Below, one piece after another: positions 20,266-30,007 of a stretch of DNA of 64,000 nt (its first letter is position 1; each line of letters opens with the position of its first letter). The translations under genes were made by a program, and so were the position numbers. The stretch is from contig CAXXMV010000006.1 in the NCBI GenBank assembly GCA_963662285.2, positions 1,696,001 to 1,760,000 on the forward strand, read 5' to 3'. The stretch comes from a bacterium. Its GTDB lineage: Bacteria > Hinthialibacterota > Hinthialibacteria > Hinthialibacterales > Hinthialibacteraceae. Below the pieces are notes generated by a model, which was not told the origin of the DNA, did not search any database, and saw only the letters and a list, made by a program, of their open reading frames with translations.

Positions 20266-22053
20266 ATGAATTTAATATCCAGATTAAAAATAGTTCTATT
20301 ATGGATATTGTCGATTCCCGCCTTGATCGCCGGACTTCTTCGACAAATCGCCATGCATATTGCTGGTCAACGCTGGTATCTGTGGGGTTTTATTCCATGC
20401 AGCGCCGGTTTGTGGCCGCTGGGTTTATATTGCTGGCATAAGAGCATCCAGCGCTGGTATTATCGTTTTCCATTGAGGATATTCAGTTATATCTGCTTTC
20501 TGTTTGGAACCATTCTCTTTTTTGAAGGGCTATGGCCTTTTGCGGGAATTCTGCTGTTGGTACGTTTGCTGACCTGGCTGGACGATTGGCTGCGCTTAAG
20601 CGATCCACTGGTTTCAGAGGTTGCATCCGATACTACAGCCTGCTTTAAGCACCCTTTCGATAAACTCAGTCTTCTTTTTATTGGCGCTATATTCATGGTA
20701 TTGGCAGTAAACAAGGAACGGCTGATTGATTTCTCCGATCCCTCCGACCAATTTTATCACATGGCGGCGGCTAAGCAGATATTGGAGCAGGGAACCATTC
20801 CCATCTGGGATGATTGGGAATTCGCGCCGATGGGTCGCCCCCATCTCTATCCCCCGTTGTTGCATTTATTGATCGCCTTTTTCGCGGGAGAGCCGGATCA
20901 GATTATGGCGGGTTTTTCTTCTATCCAGATGTTGCTCTACCCATTGGCGTTATTGGCCTATTGGCTGTTGTACCGTAAATTTTTGTCGCCTGCTCACGCC
21001 TATCTGGCGTTGATTTTCTTATCTATGGAATTAATGTTCGGCATGGGGTGCCTGATGGGATTGCCTGCATCCATCGTTAATGTGTTGTGGCCATTAATGC
21101 TGCTGGCGATTATTGATAAACGAACTTATATCGCTATGCTGCTGCTGACGGCGGCCTTTTATACTCACACCGGAATGCCTGCATTGATCTGTTTGTGTCT
21201 GTTGATCTACGGAATATGGAAACGCGAGCATTTGCTGCGAATACTGGCAGTTATTATCGGCGCTCTCGTGTTGTCGATTCCCTGGACGCTGCGTTATTAT
21301 GTTTTTTCGGATTGGATGCAGACCAGTGGAGCTCAGGGATTTAGCCTATCCAGTATTGTGTCCAGGCTTCTATGGTTGCAAATCGCTAATCCTATTTTTA
21401 TTGTTTTAGCGGTCTGGGGTTGGTTCCGTCTGAAACAGGCTGAGGTTTTTAAGTCACAGGTTCTGGGATTTTTGCCTATGCTAACCCAGTATGGAGGGCG
21501 TTTCTTTATGCATGGCGCTCCATTTCTTTCCCCCATGATCGCGGTTCATTTTAAGCGTTTTCTGGAAGGAAACGTCACCAGACGACGGGCTGTATGTTTT
21601 CTGTTGCTGACTCTGATACCGTTGCCCTGCATCAGTTTTATGGGACCGAATGATACTATTCAAGTCAAGCCGTTCCCAGGTATTACAGCGACTCATATCA
21701 GCATTTTTTATACTATCAACCGTACTAGGAAAGATCAAAGCGATATTGAAAACCTGGTCGCCGCAATACGCCTTACTACATCGCCCGATGATATAATCCA
21801 TCTGCCCGACGCAGGAATGTACCACTTTGGTGATTTAATAGTAGTGATGACCAGCAGACGTACCGACACAGGCGGATGGGGAGAAATACGTAAACCGGAG
21901 ATGTGGGAAGCTATGCTAAATAGCCGTCAAGATATCAACGACGGCGTCTTCGTTTCAAAGTTTCGCGAAAATATCCCCGAAGGAAGGCGTATAGAAAAGG
22001 TAGGCTCTTATTTTCTCGGTTATCCACCGTCTGATGAATATACTGACGAATGA
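20266..22053 (+). CDS. Polytopic membrane protein, GT-C-fold glycosyltransferase-like
   Basis: More than 12 TM segments; first-loop motif SDPSDQFYH...WDDWEFAPMGRPHLYPPLLHLLIA resembles the D-x-x-Y-H...P-x-G...YPP loops of STT3/PMT-like GT-C enzymes. Confidence 0.65.
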   Translation: MNLISRLKIVLLWILSIPALIAGLLRQIAMHIAGQRWYLWGFIPCSAGLWPLGLYCWHKSIQRWYYRFPLRIFSYICFLFGTILFFEGLWPFAGILLLVRLLTWLDDWLRLSDPLVSEVASDTTACFKHPFDKLSLLFIGAIFMVLAVNKERLIDFSDPSDQFYHMAAAKQILEQGTIPIWDDWEFAPMGRPHLYPPLLHLLIAFFAGEPDQIMAGFSSIQMLLYPLALLAYWLLYRKFLSPAHAYLALIFLSMELMFGMGCLMGLPASIVNVLWPLMLLAIIDKRTYIAMLLLTAAFYTHTGMPALICLCLLIYGIWKREHLLRILAVIIGALVLSIPWTLRYYVFSDWMQTSGAQGFSLSSIVSRLLWLQIANPIFIVLAVWGWFRLKQAEVFKSQVLGFLPMLTQYGGRFFMHGAPFLSPMIAVHFKRFLEGNVTRRRAVCFLLLTLIPLPCISFMGPNDTIQVKPFPGITATHISIFYTINRTRKDQSDIENLVAAIRLTTSPDDIIHLPDAGMYHFGDLIVVMTSRRTDTGGWGEIRKPEMWEAMLNSRQDINDGVFVSKFRENIPEGRRIEKVGSYFLGYPPSDEYTDE

Positions 22054-22160
22054 TGCATGGAAACGGATATATCTGATGTTACATAATCATAGTTATGGTA
22101 GACGTAGTGTTTATAATTTAATACAATTCATCGATATGTAAAAACCGGAAGGAATGTTCT

Positions 22161-22703
22161 ATGAAAAAGGCATTTACTTTAATCGAGCTTCTGATTGTTG
22201 TTGCTATCATTGGAATTCTGGCGGCCATCGCGGTTCCAAATTTCCTTAACGCACAGATCAGAGCCAAAGTCGCCCGCGTTGTCGCTGAAGAAAAAGGTTT
22301 ATGCAACGCCTACTTGATGTACCGCCTGGATAATAATGATTTCCCGCCGCATATTGATGGTCATCCGGCGCAGCATAAATTTGTAACCACGCCTATCGCC
22401 TATTACAGTAATTCTGTGATGGATCCATTTCAGGAAGGACTGACGACCAAGAACATCTCTGTAATAAGCAATACGCGCAACCAGTATCACATGGAGCCAG
22501 TCAATCTGCTTTTTGGATGGTTTCAGGCGACCAAACAACGATATACTAATTTTTGGCCAAGTTTACAGAATTCTGCTTATGGAGCTCAATCGATGGGGCC
22601 GGGTCAATTTTGGATATCCAATGAACTTTATGATTCCACAAACGGTACGCGCAGCGTGGGAATCATCTACACTCTGGCTTCCGGGGAAAGAAAAAGTTAT
22701 TAG
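22161..22703 (+). CDS. Prepilin-type GspG-like pseudopilin, paralogue 3
   Basis: MKKA|FTLIELLIVVAIIGILAAIAVPNFLNAQIRAK; VTTPIAY..DPF; SMGPG; YDSTNGTRSVGI. Confidence 0.92.
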   Translation: MKKAFTLIELLIVVAIIGILAAIAVPNFLNAQIRAKVARVVAEEKGLCNAYLMYRLDNNDFPPHIDGHPAQHKFVTTPIAYYSNSVMDPFQEGLTTKNISVISNTRNQYHMEPVNLLFGWFQATKQRYTNFWPSLQNSAYGAQSMGPGQFWISNELYDSTNGTRSVGIIYTLASGERKSY

Positions 22704-22763
22704 AGCCGTTTATAATTTGTGAAATTGATATTATTGCTTAAATAAATATTGGAGATAAATAAT

Positions 22764-24050
22764 ATGTATCGAATCTCAATACTCATCATAATGTGTCTTG
22801 CTATCACTTTAGGCGTTTATGCGGTAAAGACGCCCGATCCTCTGGTTACTACATCGGTTTTGGATCATGGCGCAAAAGCGGATGGTAAGACGGATTGCAC
22901 CAAATCTTTTCAAAAGGCGTTAGATTTTGCGTCCAAAAATGGAGGCGGCATTGTGGCCGTTCCTTCAGGACAGTTCTATTTCACTGGCAATCTGGTAATA
23001 CCTCCCGGCGTTACTTTGCGCGGGGTTTGGGAATCGATGCACCATGCAGATATCGGACGCGGCAGCCAGTTATTGGTTACCGCCGGGAAAGGTGATGAAA
23101 ACGGCGAGCCTTTCATAAACCTGAATCAAAGCAGTTGCATACGGGGGCTGACTATTTATTATCCAGAGCAAGACGCTGCATTGATTCAGCCTTATCCCTG
23201 GACTATTAGAGGCCAAGGCATGTTTTGCAGCGTAATCGACGTGACTCTGGTAAATCCTTACCGGGGAATTGATTTCGGCACTAAGGGCAATGAATTGCAT
23301 ATCGCTCGCAATGTTTTCGGTTGCCCGCTGCGGGAAGGAATCTATATCAATCGCACTACTGATATTGGACGCATCGAAAATGTCCATTTCAATCCCCATT
23401 CCTGGGCGAGAGCTGCTGTTTCCAATCCTCCGAGAGAGGGCAGCGAGGAATGGAATATATTGCTCAAATATTTGAACGATAATTTAGTAGGTTTTCGCAT
23501 CGGTAAGACGGATTGGGAATACATGGTCAATTGCTTTGTGATTTTCCCCAAGATAGGATTTCATTTCGTACATACCGATGCTGGCGATCCCAATGTGGTA
23601 TTGACGCAGTGCGGTTCGGATATCGGTCCAGTGGCGGTCAGGGTGGACGCTTCACAATATCATTCAGGCCTGGCGTTTTCTAATTGCCAAATGATGGCTG
23701 GCATCGAAGTAAGCCAGAGCAACCGGGGTCCGGTCAAATTCTCCAATTGCGGTTTTTGGGGCATCCCCAGCACCGATTACCATGCTTTGGTAGATGGTTC
23801 AGGGACGGTTATATTTACTTCATGCCATTTTCAAGGCTGGGCGCGCAGGAAACATGATTCACCCGCGATTATAGCGCAGGGCGGCGCGTTGATTATCAAC
23901 GGCTGTGAATTTATCGATAAAGACAAACAGCATATCGAGTTGAAGGAGAATGTGAAATCAGCCGCTATTTTTGGCAGCCATTTTTCCGGCGGCGCTAAAA
24001 TCACTAATAATGCAAAGGGGAAAGTTGAGATTGGGTTGAATATTGAGTAA
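22764..24050 (+). CDS. Secreted right-handed beta-helix protein (Pectate_lyase_3 / GH28-related)
   Basis: Signal peptide; SVLDHGAKADGKTDCTKSFQKALD..GGGIVAVPSGQF..L.IPPGVTLRG; RBS GGAG before ATG 22764. Confidence 0.85.
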   Translation: MYRISILIIMCLAITLGVYAVKTPDPLVTTSVLDHGAKADGKTDCTKSFQKALDFASKNGGGIVAVPSGQFYFTGNLVIPPGVTLRGVWESMHHADIGRGSQLLVTAGKGDENGEPFINLNQSSCIRGLTIYYPEQDAALIQPYPWTIRGQGMFCSVIDVTLVNPYRGIDFGTKGNELHIARNVFGCPLREGIYINRTTDIGRIENVHFNPHSWARAAVSNPPREGSEEWNILLKYLNDNLVGFRIGKTDWEYMVNCFVIFPKIGFHFVHTDAGDPNVVLTQCGSDIGPVAVRVDASQYHSGLAFSNCQMMAGIEVSQSNRGPVKFSNCGFWGIPSTDYHALVDGSGTVIFTSCHFQGWARRKHDSPAIIAQGGALIINGCEFIDKDKQHIELKENVKSAAIFGSHFSGGAKITNNAKGKVEIGLNIE

Positions 24051-24159
24051 TCATGTTTCCAATGGAGTGGGATTCTATTTACTGAGTCTCATTCCAAAGG
24101 AATTAAGTAGATGGATTTATTAGCAAGGTGACTGGGATTTTATGCAACAAAAAAGCCTA

Positions 24160-24219
24160 TTGACATACTTCTGTTTTTATGTATTATTGTGAAAAATGAT
24201 ATGTATTATTGTGAAAAAT
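24160..24219 (+). promoter_or_regulatory. Sigma70-like promoter overlapped by a 20-bp direct repeat
   Basis: TTGACA (24160), 16 bp, then TATTAT. TATGTATTATTGTGAAAAAT occurs at 24178 and 24200. Confidence 0.45.
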
Positions 24220-24274
24220 TAATTGAAATATATTTTCTGGCATCAATAACATCTTATATAGGTCAATAAATAAT

Positions 24275-24757
24275 ATGCAATTTATTCCACCATTGATGTT
24301 TATTGGTATAATATTTTCGTTGTTTATTGCGTTACTTTTATTAACATCCGCTCTAATATTATTTTGTAAATACTTGAATAATCAGAATAAATGTTGCCTG
24401 ACATCAAGCATCATTATGATAATACTATTTTCCATAGTCGTGATAATTCCTATTAGTAAAGGATCTATCGGGACTGCTATCGCACAATATCAAACTGAAA
24501 AACTCGAAATTGAAATACTCAAGAATAAAGGAACGGAAATTATTGAGCAGATTGAATTATTTAAGGAAGAAAATGGCAATTTCCCATTAGAATTATCCGC
24601 TTTTGTAATTGAACCTCAACTTTCTGAATCTGAAAATTGGAAATATCAAACCTATAAAAATAAGAATAAGTATAGATTGAAGATTGTTAATCTTAAAAAC
24701 AAATATATTCTAACATGGAAATCGTGGAAACGTGAATGGAAAATTTCCTATAGTTGA
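24275..24757 (+). CDS. Hypothetical very AT-rich membrane protein (2 TM)
   Basis: 160-aa ORF with two hydrophobic segments and a Lys/Glu-rich C-terminus. Confidence 0.65.
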   Translation: MQFIPPLMFIGIIFSLFIALLLLTSALILFCKYLNNQNKCCLTSSIIMIILFSIVVIIPISKGSIGTAIAQYQTEKLEIEILKNKGTEIIEQIELFKEENGNFPLELSAFVIEPQLSESENWKYQTYKNKNKYRLKIVNLKNKYILTWKSWKREWKISYS

Positions 24758-24774
24758 TTGAAGATTTTGGTTCT

Positions 24775-25434
24775 CTAAATATTCTCTAGTTCCTGCAGAA
24801 GAACATCGGCGGCTTCATCAATCGATACCACCCGTATTTGCTCACCATTTTTGAAAAGCATACCTTTTTGATCTCCGAACGCGATTCCGATATCCGCCGC
24901 TTTGGCTTCACCGGGGCCGTTTACTTCACATCCCATAACCGCTACATCCAGTGGTTTGTCTATTCTTGACAGTTTGGCTTCGATAGAACGAACCATGGCG
25001 GGGAAATTAGTCCGGCACCGGGCGCAGGTCGGGCAGGATATAATCCTGATGCCTTTGGAGCGCAATTCGAGAGAACGCAGTAAATCGCAGATGGCGGCGA
25101 TGGAAGAGGCATAGTTATCCGACGGCAGGATTAAGGTCAGTTTTTCACCTGTCCAGCGGTATAAAACGGGGGAAAGATAAATAATCAATGGAGAGAGCAT
25201 GTCTGTAAAACCACGTAGATCAAGCACGATGCTGTTGCATGACAATGGTTTATTATCTTCCACATAAGGCGTCAGGTCGTCGAGTGAACTCCATATAACT
25301 TGATCATCAGATGCATCCAACGAATCAGGCAGGCCGCATAGTTCATCATACAGGGTTGGAGATAAGGATTCCTGTAACTCCCGGGTGAATTGATTGTCTG
25401 CGGCGATATGTAATTGAACTGAATTATCAGGCAT
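24775..25434 (-). CDS. IspG (GcpE) C-terminal [4Fe-4S] domain protein lacking the catalytic TIM barrel
   Basis: IISCPTCARC, VAVMGCEVNGPGEAKAADIGIA, GMLFKNGE. Only 219 aa, and the N-terminal ~105 aa lack IspG barrel motifs. Confidence 0.8.
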   Translation of the reverse strand: MPDNSVQLHIAADNQFTRELQESLSPTLYDELCGLPDSLDASDDQVIWSSLDDLTPYVEDNKPLSCNSIVLDLRGFTDMLSPLIIYLSPVLYRWTGEKLTLILPSDNYASSIAAICDLLRSLELRSKGIRIISCPTCARCRTNFPAMVRSIEAKLSRIDKPLDVAVMGCEVNGPGEAKAADIGIAFGDQKGMLFKNGEQIRVVSIDEAADVLLQELENI

Positions 25435-25460
25435 TGTAAATTGTCTCCGTGATGCAGGCG

Positions 25461-26885
25461 TTACGATGTTCTGCTGGATTTGAGAAGATTCGATATACGG
25501 CTCAAAGCGGCCCTCATATAGTTAAGCGCAATCTTGGGCGACCCGGCGTTTTTGAATGTTCTTAGTATATATATTGGTCGCAAATACATTTTCCACAAAG
25601 CCTGTTTGCGCCATTTTTCCAGTTCTGTGGATGATAGCGTCTCTGTAGATACAGCGCTTACGGCGTATCCACCACTGTGCAAACGTTCTTTGACGACAAG
25701 GTTCTTGTCATCAAGCATCTTTTCTAATTCAGTTCCCGGTAGAGGAAAGGCGACATTGAAATCAAAGAAATCCGGGTCAAGTTTTTTGGCGAATGCGACT
25801 AATTCGCTGATAGACTGGTTGGTATCCCAGGGGAAGCCGAATACGAAGAAGGCGTGTGAACGGATGTTGTGCTTACGGCATAGTTTGATGGCTTGCAATG
25901 CTTCGTCGCCAGTGGCGCTTTTTTTCATTGCTTTGAGGTGTTGATCATTGCCGCTCTCCACTCCGAATCCGATTACCCAGCATCCGGCGCGTTTCATCCA
26001 TATCAAGCGTTCTTCATCGATGGTATTAACGCGGCTGTTGCATCCCCAACGTATGTCCAGTCTCTTTTTGATTATCAGGGTGCACAGATCGACGATCCAT
26101 TGTTTTTTCAGGGTGAAGGTATCTGCGTGGAAGAGGAATTCTCTGATGCCGTAACGCTCTATGCATTCTTCCAATTCAGCCACTACGCTTTCCGGCGAGC
26201 GGTAACGTACGTTGACGCCTGATGTTATGGGGATCGAGCAAAAGATGCATTGATGGGGGCAGCCCAGCGAAGTAACAATGGTGGTTAATGGATTATGCGT
26301 TTCAGGGCTAATGTATAAACTGTTATCGATTAAATGACGAGCCGGGAAGGGCAGTGAATCCAAGTCAACCAACGGCGCCTTCCGATCAGTTCTGATAACC
26401 TGACCGTCTTGCAGATAAGTGACTTCAGGTAATTCGCTCCAATCAACTCCATCAACAAAGTCGGCGATATAACCATCAACTTCGCCGCGCAGGATGATAT
26501 CCAGGTGTTTGGTGTTCTGTATGATCTCTTTATCAAGATGATGTCCCGGTTCGCCTTTGATGGCAATCAGGGCTTTGGGGCAATGAGTCTTGATAATTTC
26601 CGCCGATTGCAGATCGCTATCCAGTGTGGCGATAGTGACGGTCAGAATAACAATGTCCGGTTGGTATTCTTGCAGGTCTTCAATCAGGTTTTCCCAGGTG
26701 GATTTAAGCGCTGGATAATCGCGTAATATGACCTCATGCCCCGCCTTTTCCAGAATCGAGGCGGGGTAGAGCAGTTCCATAGGAGGAAAGACAACATTGA
26801 CAGTTTGATCTTCCACCCGGTTCTGGCAGCGGTTATCCCGCCGGTAAAGCCCGGTGGGTGGATTAAACAGAAAGACGCGTTTCAT
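25461..26885 (-). CDS. B12-binding-domain radical SAM protein
   Basis: N-terminal cobalamin-binding-like domain (FPPMELLY.ASIL...GH.V; ILRGE), TSLGCPHQCIFC (CxxxCxxC), RYRSPESVVAE, DTFT, GFGVESG, PLPGT. Confidence 0.9.
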   Translation of the reverse strand: MKRVFLFNPPTGLYRRDNRCQNRVEDQTVNVVFPPMELLYPASILEKAGHEVILRDYPALKSTWENLIEDLQEYQPDIVILTVTIATLDSDLQSAEIIKTHCPKALIAIKGEPGHHLDKEIIQNTKHLDIILRGEVDGYIADFVDGVDWSELPEVTYLQDGQVIRTDRKAPLVDLDSLPFPARHLIDNSLYISPETHNPLTTIVTSLGCPHQCIFCSIPITSGVNVRYRSPESVVAELEECIERYGIREFLFHADTFTLKKQWIVDLCTLIIKKRLDIRWGCNSRVNTIDEERLIWMKRAGCWVIGFGVESGNDQHLKAMKKSATGDEALQAIKLCRKHNIRSHAFFVFGFPWDTNQSISELVAFAKKLDPDFFDFNVAFPLPGTELEKMLDDKNLVVKERLHSGGYAVSAVSTETLSSTELEKWRKQALWKMYLRPIYILRTFKNAGSPKIALNYMRAALSRISNLLKSSRTS

Positions 26886-26899
26886 CTATTTTGTCTTAT

Positions 26900-28243
26900 C
26901 TATTTGGAGGCCGCTTTACCGGCATCCTCAACAGGCGCATCCTTCAGTTTTAATGCTTCTTCCGTTTTTTTACGTTCCATACTTTCAATATACCGCATCA
27001 TGTCCGTAGTTCGTTTCATTGCTTCTGGAACCTGAGAGTAATTTTTTTGGATTCGTTCAACGGTTTGCCTTGCGCCAGACCATTTCTCTAAGCGAATATA
27101 TGAATCAGCTATCTGCATCAGCGCTACTAATGGACGTTGAGGATCAGGTGGATCGGTGATGTATTTCTCATACATCTCAATCGCTTCGTTAAAATAACGT
27201 TCTGATTCTTCAGGAGTGGACTCGCGAATTAACTGAGCGATGGCTACCCGCGAGCTGATGGAGAAATCAGTATCAGGGAAATCATTGACCAAACGCAAAT
27301 TCTCATGAACTAACAATGCAACTTCTTCTTCGGTGAATTGCTCAGGTTCTTTACTATCTTGTTTTCCTTCTGCTTCTCTTCTGGCTAAGTGATCCTGCAT
27401 AAAGAGAGATTGAAGATCATTGAGTTTATAGATAACCAACCAGGGTTTAGCGTCCTTCAGGATATAAGGATTATTCTGAAGTCGGTCATACATGGTAACG
27501 GATGTTATGAAATCTCCCGCTTCGGCCCAGGTTTTCACCCAATCTAGCACTGCGCCTTGCCGGTCATTTTCCAAACCCGGTATTCCTGTGGCATTGACCA
27601 CTAGATCCAATGTCTGGGTGTAAATTTTGCGGGCATCTTCAAATTCAGCGCTGGCTTTATAAATGGAGGCTTTTCCTTTTAAGGAGAATAATTTTACATC
27701 CAAGGCCTCGGTTGCATCTTCAATGTCTGTTTCGGCTATCTGGTAAATCTGGTCATAATAATTCTGAGCAGTTGCCGCCTGGGTTTGATGAGCGTATATT
27801 CCCGCCAGTTTATCATAGGCTTGAATGCGAATGCGCGGATTGGTAGTCGCATCAGAGATTTCGTTGAATTTATTTATCGCTTTGTCAAAGAATCCTTCAT
27901 TGGTATATGCTAATCCAATCTGAAAATCACAGGAAATTTGGATTTGGGGATCGTTAAACTTTTTCTTCATGTCTTCGAAGACGTCTCTCATATGAGAGAA
28001 ATCCTTCATGTCAAAATAACAGCGGGTCAACGCCTGATATGCAGTCATAACCCGTTCATCTTCGGGAAATTTTTCGATAAAGTTTTCAAAATGCAATGAT
28101 GCGCCCAGAGGGTCAGCTTGTTGATACGCTCGAACGCCCCGGTTAAATACGGCATCCGGCGTATTGGCGCCGCATCCGAACATCCCTGCCATGAGTCCAC
28201 AAAAAACCAGCAATACTGCTAAAGACTTGAAATTGTTAAACAT
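26900..28243 (-). CDS. TPR-repeat lipoprotein
   Basis: Lipobox-like MFGC after a hydrophobic stretch; helical TPR-like repeats (FENFIEKFPED..., ALMQIADSY). Confidence 0.75.
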   Translation of the reverse strand: MFNNFKSLAVLLVFCGLMAGMFGCGANTPDAVFNRGVRAYQQADPLGASLHFENFIEKFPEDERVMTAYQALTRCYFDMKDFSHMRDVFEDMKKKFNDPQIQISCDFQIGLAYTNEGFFDKAINKFNEISDATTNPRIRIQAYDKLAGIYAHQTQAATAQNYYDQIYQIAETDIEDATEALDVKLFSLKGKASIYKASAEFEDARKIYTQTLDLVVNATGIPGLENDRQGAVLDWVKTWAEAGDFITSVTMYDRLQNNPYILKDAKPWLVIYKLNDLQSLFMQDHLARREAEGKQDSKEPEQFTEEEVALLVHENLRLVNDFPDTDFSISSRVAIAQLIRESTPEESERYFNEAIEMYEKYITDPPDPQRPLVALMQIADSYIRLEKWSGARQTVERIQKNYSQVPEAMKRTTDMMRYIESMERKKTEEALKLKDAPVEDAGKAASK

Positions 28244-28543
28244 TTGATAACCTTCTGAAGGTGATATTTTGAGTTTTTTCACAAAAATATTGGTTTTCAT
28301 TTACGTATTGTAATCCCATATTTCAGATTTTTGGATTTATGGGAAACCGTGAAATATATTTATTTTTGAAATTACTCATAAATAAGCGATGTTTTTATGC
28401 TCAAATTTAATAATCCTATATATATTATGGTGGATTCTATCCTAAACAAAAAGGTATGTAATACCGACGAGTGTATCAAGTTGTCTGTATTTAGAGCGGT
28501 TACCTTATATTTATGTCTATTGAAAGCGCTGAATTGGTTCAAT

Positions 28544-29779
28544 TTACTTATTCATTTTATTAGAAACAAAATGATCAACCACTGCAGCTCCGGCAGAATC
28601 GCCCCATACATTCACTGTTGTGCGGCATCTATCCAAAAACCAGTCTACTACGAATATAAGTCCGATGCCTTCCAGTGGTAGACCTACTGCATCTAACACG
28701 ATAACCATAGTGATAAGCCCCGCATGTGGAATGGCGGCGGCGCCCACCGAGGCCAGCGTAGCAGTAAGAAAGATAATAATCTGATCGGCGGAGGTTAAAG
28801 AGATATTGTAGGCCTGAGCAATGAAAATAGCAGAGCAGGCCTCATAAAGCGCTGTGCCGTCCATATTTATGGTAGCGCCGATTGGTAAGACAAATGAAGT
28901 GGTTTGAGATGAAACCTTGTTGTTCTGCTCCACGCTTTTCATGGTCAAAGGCAGAGCCGCAGCGCTGGATGCGGTTGAAAATGCTGTGGTTAATGCGTCT
29001 CCAATGTTAATTAAATACCTGATTGGATTTCGTCTAGCTACCATATATAATATAAGAGGAATTACGATAAATGCATGGATGGACAATCCAGTTAGCACGG
29101 TAGCCACGAATTTTCCTATATTCAGCAGTTGAGTCCAAACGGCTGATCCCCCGCCTTTTGAACCGAGGATGGCGGCGATTAATGCGAATACTCCGATTGG
29201 AGCGTAAAACATGATCAATTTAACGATTTTCATCATCACTTCATTGAAGCCTTCAAAGAAACTGATGACGGTTTTTCCCTTTTCACCAAGCGTCGTCAAC
29301 ACTCCACCGAATAGCAATGAAGATACGATAACAGGTAGGATTTCTCTATTCGCCATGTGGGCGAAAACATTAGTAGGGAAAAGCGACATGAATAGTTCCA
29401 AGATGCTGAATTCTTTATCTCGGATCACTTCAGGAATCGCTGCGCCGCTCAGGTCTATGCCGATTCCCGGTTGGAAAATATTTGACACTATTAATCCAAT
29501 GATGACTGCCACAGTGGTGGTTAATATATAATAAATGACAGTTGCGCCGCCCATGGCGCCGAGTTTCCTGATATCACCCAGTTGCGCGACACCAACGATC
29601 ATTGATGACATGATCAAAGGCAGGAAAACAGCCTTCAAAGAGTTCATGAAGATATCGCCCAGAAACTTGATGGAGAGCATAGCTTCGCCGAATACCCAGC
29701 CGCATATAACGCCTAAAACAATACCAGCAAGCATAGCAAAAAGAAGGATAGTTGAAACACGATCTTTGGAAGAATTCAT
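28544..29779 (-). CDS. Dicarboxylate/amino acid:cation symporter (DAACS/SDF)
   Basis: TAFSTASSAAALP, FVLPIGATINMDGTALY, ASVGAAAIP, VDWFLDRCRTTVNVWGD. Confidence 0.95.
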   Translation of the reverse strand: MNSSKDRVSTILLFAMLAGIVLGVICGWVFGEAMLSIKFLGDIFMNSLKAVFLPLIMSSMIVGVAQLGDIRKLGAMGGATVIYYILTTTVAVIIGLIVSNIFQPGIGIDLSGAAIPEVIRDKEFSILELFMSLFPTNVFAHMANREILPVIVSSLLFGGVLTTLGEKGKTVISFFEGFNEVMMKIVKLIMFYAPIGVFALIAAILGSKGGGSAVWTQLLNIGKFVATVLTGLSIHAFIVIPLILYMVARRNPIRYLINIGDALTTAFSTASSAAALPLTMKSVEQNNKVSSQTTSFVLPIGATINMDGTALYEACSAIFIAQAYNISLTSADQIIIFLTATLASVGAAAIPHAGLITMVIVLDAVGLPLEGIGLIFVVDWFLDRCRTTVNVWGDSAGAAVVDHFVSNKMNK

Positions 29780-30007
29780 GTATGTACCTGTTTATATGAG
29801 ATTTGAGACTGGAAATTGGAAAGGATTATAACATATGTTTCGAGTGATTGCTATATTTCTATTTGGATTGTTAAAAGTATATATAGATTGAGCGAGCCTT
29901 TTAATGCATGTTGATATTCAGAATTGATCAAATAACTAAATTAATTTGTTTATATTAAGGCATTCGTGATATATTGTATTATTGAAGGATTTTAGTTGGG
30001 GGAAGTC

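Noticed and set aside
24275-24757. A sixth member of the pilin family
   Set aside because: No G/A|FTLIE cleavage motif and none of the TPIAY or SNG blocks.
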